Source: Adineta vaga
Taxonomy: Eukaryota; Animalia; Rotifera
Assembly (NCBI GenBank): GCA_021613535.1
Contig: CP075497.1
Span: 6,324,001 to 6,388,000, forward strand
Direction of reading: 5' to 3'
DNA length: 64,000 nt
Made by a program: the position numbers and the translations under genes. Positions 54,711-64,000 of the stretch are shown piece by piece; position 1 is the first letter of the stretch; each line of letters starts with the position of its first letter. The notes beneath the pieces were generated by a model. It made no database searches and had not been told where the DNA came from. It was given only the letters and a program-made list of their open reading frames with translations.

Positions 54711-57700
54711 AAGATTACGTTAGTATATGTGTGTTTTCTTTTGACAGGAGTGGGTTGATAGAGTTGATTCCCTCTGGAAATTGTTTATTCTTTTGCATGG
54801 CAGATAACTATCTGAGATAGCGAAAAAAAAGAAAGGAAGTATATATGTGTCATTTTTGCCAGATGGAAACTTATTTATTATCCAAATGAAATAAACATGA
54901 TCAAAGAACTGAAAATAATTATACAATATTGGGGCTTATTGATCGAAAAAAAAGTATTTCTTCACTTCTCCAGAGACGAGTAAGTGTGTAGATGTTTTTT
55001 TACATTATAAAAAATAGAATAAAAAGAGGGTAAGTTATTGATTTCAATAGCCAATAAAAAAACTTTTGTACTTGGCTTAAATCAGTAGTACATTTTATAT
55101 TTCTTTTGATTAGAAGCTTCAGAATAGGTTTCTCTTTTCATAAGGAATTTCTCAAGAAATTATACGACAAACATTATATAACAAGGTTGTTATGCTCGAA
55201 GATATTAGTTCATTAAAGACAGACGAATGTTTTTCTCATCACAACTTTTAATGAAAGACATCGTTTAGTAAATAATTAGCAATTTCAGATATAAAGCATC
55301 GATGCTTATATATATCTATTCTCAATAATGATAAATATTTGTGATAATCGAAATGGTTTAGAATTTTCCACTAAAACTATGCCATTATTTTGATTGTAGC
55401 ATCGATATCACAAATAAATGTAAGGCCACAATCATTACAAAGATAGATTACATTCGTAGTCTGAAGGTTTTTACAACCATCTATTTTCGTACGTATCTTC
55501 AGATTGAAATCATCACTAAAAACATTTATTCATTTTTTTTCTATTCTAAGATTGAATATAAAGAGCATAGAAAGTAGATGCTTTTTCTATACTCGTATTT
55601 AATTAATTTTTATACATTATTCTGCGATATTAATCGAATGAATAATCTCAATGACATAAATTCGTTCGAAAAAATACGAAAAAGTAGTAAATATTGACAG
55701 TAATAAGTATATTCTGTTATTTTTCTAGCGAAAGAAGAGTTCGATTACTCAGGAAATAATCGGTGAATTTGAATATGTAACTAAACGATCATTCGTATGA
55801 GTAAGATTCATAATACAATATTGATCGAACGATTTTTTTTTCAACCACTCAAATAATATCAAATAACATGAAGAATTCCTTGTCTTTATAAACATTTCTT
55901 CTTCGTTCTTCTTTTCTTTTTTTCATTTAATCAATGAAGATTGTTTTTCATTCGGAGATAATCCTTTGTGTTGATTGACTAGTATCCCTGGAATGTAATT
56001 ATAGACTGAAATCTTTTTTAGTTGACGATTGTCATCGGATAAGTATATTCATCTTGTCAGTAAATAAATGTTTTCATTGACAATCTTGTCAGCTTTATAA
56101 AATTGTTTTAGAATAAAGAAAGAAAGAAAGAATAAATTGTGTACGATCTAGATGATAGAAAAAATGAAATGGATTGAGATCTATTGGTTGAATCACAGGA
56201 GCGAAAATTATGTGCTAGAAGAGGAAGTGCAGATTGAGTAAGACATCACTTGACGTATGAGATATTTTCTATACTCGTCAGGATTCCATTACAGATATAT
56301 ATATAGTTATATACCTCTTCTCAGCGGACGTATGTCTGAGAAATCTGTTTCTGCTTCATCAAATTGTTTAAATCACACTCTTCTTCATTTTTACGATCAC
56401 TCAATTTTATGAGAAATTACTGGAAGCAATTAGAAATGGATCACTGCTAACTATCGAAGTGTCATGGATCAATCTAAATGTTGAAATGACATTTAATTCT
56501 ATTAAATATGAAAAAATAAAAACCGAAAACTTTATTAGAAGTTTACTGATTGTCAGATAAAGTTTCTTATTCAATAATGAACATCAACATTGATCTTAGA
56601 TGTATTGTCATTTATTATTAATATGAAAGGAGAACAACGAGAGTTGATAGCAAATCTTTTATCTTAGCTGAATGAAAACATATTCAAAGAGAAAAATATG
56701 TGGCAAAACGTGGAAGTTATCTTGATAAAATTCATATGGAGATCTCTTAGATTTCATGCTAACGATGACATGTCACTAGTTTGTAGTTTTTAGTTAGTAA
56801 ATCTTTCTCTTATTTAGAAAGAAAAGCATCCAACTACGACATTTCATATAATAAAAATAGACAGAAAGAGGAAAAAAAGAAAAAAAATTTTATTCATTTA
56901 TATTCTTTTTTTTATGAGCGTTCGTTTTACACGACTACACTTGCTTTCTTAAAGTAGAAATCCACTATAGTATAAAATTCGAGTATTTCCATTGCATTAA
57001 TGTGTAGGAAAAGAAAAAAAAACAATGTTTGTCGATGTCTGTGATCTATATCTTATATGTACATTTCACAATAGTTATATGATCAGATAGATACTGATAC
57101 TCAATCGAACAAAAGAAATGAAAAGAGCATAGTTTTTCTTTTTTCTTTCTTCTCTTTTCATCTGATCAGTAAATGAAAGTGTCATCTGACGAATAATCGA
57201 TTTGTAAATAGTATGTTTCTTTTACTTTCTACGTATTTTATTTCGTTGCTTGTATCGTGATTTGAATGTCATCGATTGTTTAGATCAACTACATTTGAAT
57301 TTAATTAATAGCGTAGGAGAGAGAGATAACTACCAGTTGTGTTTGCTTATTTATACGATAATTATTCAGATCTCCCACACATATAAATTGATTAGCTGAT
57401 GAATTAGAACAGATTTATATAAATAAAAAATCAATTTTTATTACTAGTCTTTCTTTTCTTTCTCCTTCTTCTTCGTCTTCTTTTTCTCTTTAACACATAG
57501 TATGTAGTGAGTATTTAAGAAAAAATGTTTTATGCACACATACACACACACCGATAGCAAATTACGCCTGCTGTTATTACCACCACTGTTCCTTCTTCTT
57601 TTGTCGTCGCTGTATGATGACAACTAGAAGAGTACACTCTTCTCTTCTCTTTCTCGTCATTGCTCGGTCGTAGATTTGCGTTACTGAATATCTTTATTGC

Positions 57701-59296
57701 ATGCAGAGAGCAAATAGTCGAAAGAAAGGCAGAGGGAACAAGAGAAACCCGTAGCACATGTGTTGCTCGACAAAGTCAGAGTGTCGATGCTGACGAGAAA
57801 GAGAAGTGAAGAGAAAAAGAGAAAAAGCTATTTTGGCATATATGCTCGTTTCATCTATAATTCATGCTTGATTATTCACTTCTCGCTCGCGCTCAGTCTT
57901 TAACAGTGCTGTAATTCCGTAGATGACTGGCACTATTGTGCTCGTTTGTGTATTGTAGCATGGTAGTCGATTCAATGAATCTTTCGTACTTGCTCGCGTT
58001 GACAGGTTTGCGATTAGTTTTTCAATAGAAGTCTCAAAAAAAACTTTTCTTACATTTTTCTTTTTCTTTTTTTGTACTCCATATCTCTTTCTCATAAATA
58101 GTAGAATTGTAATCAATCATCTTCTATTCTAATGCATATATTCGTTATGATTAAATCAAAACATATTCTATGATTCCCATCGTTTTTAAACAGTTATGAG
58201 AGTATTTCATGAGAAAAAAGGCAGATAAAAAAATTTAATTCAAATTTTAATTTAACCCTAAAGAGTCAGTACATTCGTAAGGAGCATATTGATGTAATGA
58301 TTTTAGATAAAAAGAAAGTAATCAATTATGTACATAAAAGTTTTATAATTTATTAGATCTTATTCCTGAGGTAAAAAACATAGAACATTTATTATAAATT
58401 TTTAATATAGAGAAAATGAATAAGAAAATTTTTTTTTCTCATTTATTTAAAATAGAATTTTAAAGAATAAATAAATGACGATATATATTATATATAGGTC
58501 TTTTCAATCATTATGGTTAATAGAAAAAAACCTTGTTTAATAAGACTCTCGCGTTGGCCGGTGAATCTTGCTTTCCGATTAAGCTTTCAGAGTAACTAAG
58601 GAAGAGAGAAGGGGAGAGAGAGATGAATAAAACAGCAAGAACACGCACATAAATACATACATACATATATATATATATGTGTGTGAAAAAAAGGAAAAGA
58701 AGTCGTCGTAGTCATAGTCGTCAATGATAAGAAGGTAAAGGTGTAAAGTGTAATAACTTATATTGATGTAATTTGAGTCTCTCTCTCTCTTACTCTTTTT
58801 CTGGCTGTCAGCTTGTCTCTTTGAATCATTAAGCGTTATATACGATTGCACAATTTTCAACTCAGTTTTCTCTCTCTCTTATAATTCTCTGGAAAAAGTC
58901 TAGTAAAATAAGAAATATGAGACCAGAGAAAACTCTAAAGTATGTTAGTGGCTAATAGACTCTGAACATGAAAGCTGTTCTTAACGTAGAGAAAAAGGAC
59001 CGTCTAGCTTACAATCTATTATATTTTTTTACTAATCACCTCCGATTCGAAGAGAACAGTCAGAGAAGAGATGAGAAGAGAAAACTAAACTAACATTATT
59101 ATTCGTTTTTTTTCTTTCTTTTCTTTCAAATGAGAACACAGATTTAGACAGAATAGAGAGAATATACAAAAAAGCATACGACCTGATGACCTTGATATGG
59201 TTTTAGTATGTTCTATCTACATAACTGACATGTGAACATTGCATTCAAGTGAATTTACATACAGACATAAATACAACTTCAAATATTCAGCACAAC

Positions 59297-62200
59297 ATGT
59301 TGGACGATATAACAAATTTTACTAGTGTTAGTTGTGAAAAATTCAAATGTTCTGCTCGTGGTCTTATTTTACCATTTGGTAATGAAACTTTCTTTTTATT
59401 CCTATGCGATTCAATTTAAGAATGTATTTATAGGTATCGAAGCATGCATGTCAATTAAATTACGAGCCGTATTATATTTTATTTTTCTACTCTATCTTTT
59501 TCTTGGTATTGCCATCATTGCCGATATTTTCATGTCAGCCATTGAAACTATAACTTCGAAACGACGAAAAATTCGTTATCCAGATCCGGGAGAAAAAGAT
59601 AAATATTTAACTGTTGAAGTTCGAACTTGGAATGATACCGTTGCTAATTTAACATTGATGGCACTTGGCTCAAGTTCACCAGAAATTCTTCTTTCAATCA
59701 TCGAAATTATTGGTAACCGTTTCGAAGCTGGAGAACTTGGTCCTGGAACAAGTAAGAAAATTCTGTTTGAAAACAAACCTTTGTTGATTCCTATCCTAAC
59801 CTGATTAACAGATCTAAATGTCATGGTATTTATATTAACATTCTGACTATGCTTGTGTTTTTTTCCGGAAACGATTTGTATTAGTTTTGAAAGGAACAAG
59901 AACCTCAACTGTCAAAGATCAATATTGTTAATTAAGATTTGATTTCTATTTTTAGTTGTCGGTTCAGCAGCCTATAATTTATTAATGATTTCGGCATTAT
60001 GTATTTCATCAATAAATGCTTCTGAAGTCAGAAGAATTAAATTATATAGTGTTTTTATGGTAAACGAAAAGATTTGAAGAAAACTTTTTTATTTTCTGAT
60101 TTCATATTTTATTAGATCACATCTTTCTTTGGATTTTTTGCCTACATCTGGATGTTTATTGTCCTATCGGTTATATCAAAAGATGTTGTTGATCTTTGGG
60201 AAGCTGTCATAACATTTCTTATGTTTCCGTTGGTTGTCATTTTAGCATTTTTGGTAAATGAACGTTTAGATGAAAAGCAAAGTATTGATAATCGATCATT
60301 TCGATGTTTTTTTTCTTAGGCTGAAAAAAATTTCTTTGCTTCGAAGAAAATTGACATGGACGAAGAGGAACAAACACTTATATTAAGTAAGTCATGATTT
60401 TGTTTTTCTCTTCTGTCAATATTTTTTGGAAAACTGATTATCTACGTGATATATTTAATGTTATCTATTTCGTCTTCTTCTTCTTCTCCTCTAGCACCAC
60501 CAGAACGTGATGAAAATGGCAGTCCACGTAATTTTCGTAAAGATGAACTTCTTCAATTTTTACGTGTATGTTGAAAAATTGCATTCGAATCAAAAAAGAT
60601 AAATGCTTCGTTTCATAGGATCTTGGTCAAACAACACATCTATCATTGGAAGATAAAGCTCAATTATTCGCTGCAAAATTAAGTGAAAGTATGCACCGAT
60701 CACGTATGCAGTATCGTATTCAAGGTTCTCGTATGCTTACGGGTGGTAAATCGTTATTTCTTAATTTACCAGATAAATTACAAGAGGTTAGTAGAAAAAA
60801 AGAAAGCGAATGATACGAAATTTGTTTTTCTTTCATTTCTTCCTGTGAGATCAATATTTCTTTTTCCATTATCTTCATCTGTATAATTCTCCAAACAGAT
60901 CTATACGGAAGTATATAATCGTGATTCTATTACTGATCATCGAGCATCTATGGCATCGAAACTAGGTGACGACGAAGATAATGTTGATCCTGATGATCCT
61001 CAATCAATAGTTGAATTTTCTTCAACATCATATGCGATTCTTGAACGTGAACAAAGAGTTAATTTAAAAGTCAAACGAAGGGGTCCGATTGACGTCGATG
61101 TTCGATTCAGGTGTTTATTTCTCACTCATATCGTCTAGTCATTTATGCATGCCTACGCTAATCTAATAACGCAATATTGCATATTCATGATTATATCAAT
61201 CTAGCATTCTTTTTCTTACTAATAGTTAATTACTTGCATCTGCTATCTTAAAACTTTCTTCTTTCATCTATATCTATCTATATTCTTTGTCGCGAATGAA
61301 ATAGTTTTAAACAAAAAAAGAAAAGAAAATGATTACCCTGGTTCGTTTAGATTTACGAACGAGCTATCAAACCACAGTCATTTGATGGAAGCCTTCCGAC
61401 AGATCGTCCAGCTGGCGGGAGAAAGAGTACAATATCGAAAATGGATATTGATGATGATCCACGAACGGCTATACTTGAGTTTGCTTCATCCAGTTATGCT
61501 GTACTTGAACGTGAACAGCGTGCACTATTGAAGTCATTAGATACGGCTTCACTAATTCTGTCATTCACTTTCGGTAGGTCCCGATCCATATACTTGTTTT
61601 TATTCCCCCTGCCATAGTTCCACGTTTGGTGTATTTGTTGTTATCCTTTTATTAACCTTACCTAACCCGATTGCTTTTACCCCACTGATTGTTTTAAGTT
61701 ACCCTGTTTGTTTGAACTCGTATTGATTTGATATAATTAGGAAAGGAAAAGTCCTTTTTTCATGATATATGCTTATTTCTGCTTTATATTTGCCTGCTGT
61801 AAAGTTATTATCTTGCATGCTTTTTGTTTGACAAAAACTTGATGTTTTTTTTCTTACCGTGTCTTACGTGCTAAATTGAATTCTGTTTGTTTTCAACAAT
61901 TAGACTTGATACAATTGATGGAACTGCAACTGCTGGTGAAGATTATGTAAAATTATCCGAAGAATTCAAGATGGAACGTGGACAACAAGAAAAACGGATA
62001 ACTATTCATGTCATTGATGATAATCAATGGGAACCAGATGAAACATTTTTTGTCAAAATATCATTACCAGAAGGTGAAGAAACACGAGCTAGACTAGGCT
62101 CGAAAACGATTGCACTTGTAACAATTATCAATGATGATGGTAAATTATTTCCTTAAAGAAATAGCAACAATCATTAGAGATAAACTTGATTTTGTTTGTA

Positions 62201-63647
62201 TTCTTATAGAACCGGGTATGATCGAATTTGAAGAACCAATTACATTAGTTAAAGAAAGTGTTGGCAAAGCCGAAATTAAATTAGTGCGTGTCAATGGTGC
62301 TGACGGACGTGTTAGTGTTCATTATCGAACAAAAGATATCGATGCAATTGCCACAAGAGATTATGAACGTAAGTGATTGATATCAAAGACAAAAACATTT
62401 CGAGTCAGTCAGTATTCTAATAGAAGGAACAAGCTTAATGAATAGAAATGAAAGGATGTCTTTGACTGTTCTTTTTTTTCCTTCTTTCTAGCTGCTCAGA
62501 GTGAAATTATATTTGAACATGGTGAAATATCAAAAATAATTGCTATACCAATTACAAATGATCTTGAAGCTGAAAAAGATGAAAGTTTTGCAGTAGAAAT
62601 TTATGATCCAACGGGTGGTGCACAATTAGGAAAACATACTAAAACTGTCGTAACTATAATAAATGATGATGGTAAGATAATTTCTCTGGAGAAATGTTTC
62701 GAAGATTTTTTTAATTAGATTATAAAACAATGGCAAATAAAATGGCGTCACTCGTGCAAGTTGATATGGACAAATTAAGTGTTACGAAAACTTCTTGGGG
62801 ACAACAATTTCAAGATGCAATGAATGTCAATGGTGGTGATTTAGAAACAGCAAAAATCGGTCATTATATTGGTCATGCACTAGCATTCTTCTGGAAGGTA
62901 ACATATGATGATGGAAAAAAAATCCACTTTTCTATTCAAATGAAACTTCATTCTTTTTAGGTACTCTTTGCTTTTGTTCCTCCAACAGCAATGGCTGGTG
63001 GTTGGTTAACATTCTTTGTATCACTCTTTTTCATCGCTCTTCTAACAGCTGTCGTTGGTGATGTTGCTGCAATATTTGGTTGTTTAGTTGGATTAAAAGA
63101 TAGTATAACAGCTATATCTTTCGTTGCACTTGGTACATCTTTACCAGATACATTTGCATCAATGATTGCAGCAAAAAATTCGAAAACAGCTGATGATGCT
63201 ATTGGTAATGTAACTGGATCGAATAGTGTTAATGTTTTTCTTGGTCTTGGACTTCCATGGCTTGTAGCTGCTATCTATTGGGAATCCAAAGTAAGATAAT
63301 ATGAAATGAATAAGGTCTTTTCTTTCAAAGATATCATTTGTAGAATCTACCATTTACCGTCAAAGCTGGCGATCTCTCATTTAGTGTATTAGTCTTTTCT
63401 GTTTGTTGTATTCTTGGTATGACTGTACTTATTCTACGACGATATCTAGGTGTATTTGGCAAAGCAGAACTTGGTAAGAGAATATAGTTTTATTGTCAAG
63501 CAATGGTATTTGATAATTTCAAATCGTTTTTTAGGTGGACCAAAAATTCCAAAATATTTGTGTTCAATCTTTTTTGTCTTACTTTGGATTGTATATCTTA
63601 CATTATCAAGTCTTCAAGCCTATGGACATATTAAATGGCAGAGTTAA
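59297..63647 (+). CDS. NCX: Na+/Ca2+ exchanger (SLC8/NCX) with two Calx-beta domains
   Basis: Alpha-1 repeat [23 protein letters not shown]...GELGPGT|VVGSAAYNL; CBD1 [12 protein letters not shown]; CBD2; alpha-2 repeat [13 protein letters not shown]...[14 protein letters not shown]. Confidence 0.97.
61351..61573 (+). other. Alternative (mutually exclusive) NCX exon B, paralogous to exon A at 60899-61110
   Basis: TTTAG acceptor and CG|GTAGG donor. Translates IYERAIK...[24 protein letters not shown] then, after a 1-nt shift near 61521, [17 protein letters not shown], versus exon [43 protein letters not shown]. Confidence 0.8.
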
Positions 63648-64000
63648 ATAATCGAATTCTGTATAATATTCATAAATATGTTCTCAAGAAAAGACATCAA
63701 GTGAAATACTTTCATCATACGGTTCTTTTGTTTTTTCTTTCGTTTTTTTCGTTAAATTCTCCATTTAAACCTCTCTAATACTCAGTTTTGTTTCTGGCGT
63801 TGCGCATCTGTGATTAATGAAATACACATAGAAGAAAAGGAAAAGAAATAATGAGGAAAAAAATGTATTTCTTCTTAGGAAATTAATCTTTTCAAATGAT
63901 TGCTTTGAGTTAGTTTAGATCAAAAAAATATATCTATATATAAAGGGAAAAGAGATAAATCTATCTAAGAGATCAACTCAGGATGATCGTAATTCTTAAA

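Noticed and set aside
54720-59290. Short ORFs upstream of NCX
   Set aside because: Low-complexity, no motifs or consistent exon chain; probably NCX regulatory or 5'UTR intron sequence.
61521-61577. Exon B kept in frame by a downstream GT at 61578 with no frameshift
   Set aside because: The donor GTCCCG is weak and the resulting peptide loses similarity to exon A, whereas the shifted frame aligns. Disfavoured, not fully excluded.
1-64000. CRISPR arrays, rRNA/tRNA genes, autonomous transposons, prokaryotic systems
   Set aside because: None recognised. The window is intron-rich eukaryotic DNA and I saw no transposase or reverse-transcriptase motifs in the ORF track. A tRNAscan/Rfam run would be needed to exclude small RNAs.

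Overview
AT-rich eukaryotic (animal) genomic DNA with dense genes and short (~45-70 nt) GT-AG introns. The gene architecture and an intronless ADP-ribosyltransferase-TPR gene suggest a bdelloid rotifer; this is an inference, not a database result. Genes reconstructed by hand-splicing: a secreted EF-hand protein (5'-truncated), a Cys-rich unknown, CHMP1, a compact HOIP/RNF31-like RBR-LDD ligase, a possibly disrupted unknown, PGAP1, an intronless DUF202 protein, a type I membrane protein, a large disordered protein, a tightly packed ELP5-PEX14-MRPL15 trio, a zinc-finger/QN-RGG protein, ADSS, two tandem SLC7 transporters, a sushi/CCP-repeat protein, NPL4, WIPI/ATG18, an ART-TPR pseudogene and an NCX exchanger. 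The most notable observations are: (1) duplicated, apparently mutually exclusive exons encoding the start of NCX CBD1; (2) operon-like gene clusters with 70-162 bp spacers and splice acceptors just before the ATG, suggesting SL trans-splicing; (3) SLC7 paralogues with patchy gene-conversion tracts and a b0,+AT-like versus LAT1-like TM6 motif; (4) a ~420 bp collapsed relic copy of the NPL4-WIPI locus; (5) a 349 bp foldback element. No rRNA, tRNA or CRISPR array was recognised. Exon boundaries and mismatch counts were done by eye and may be off by a few bases.
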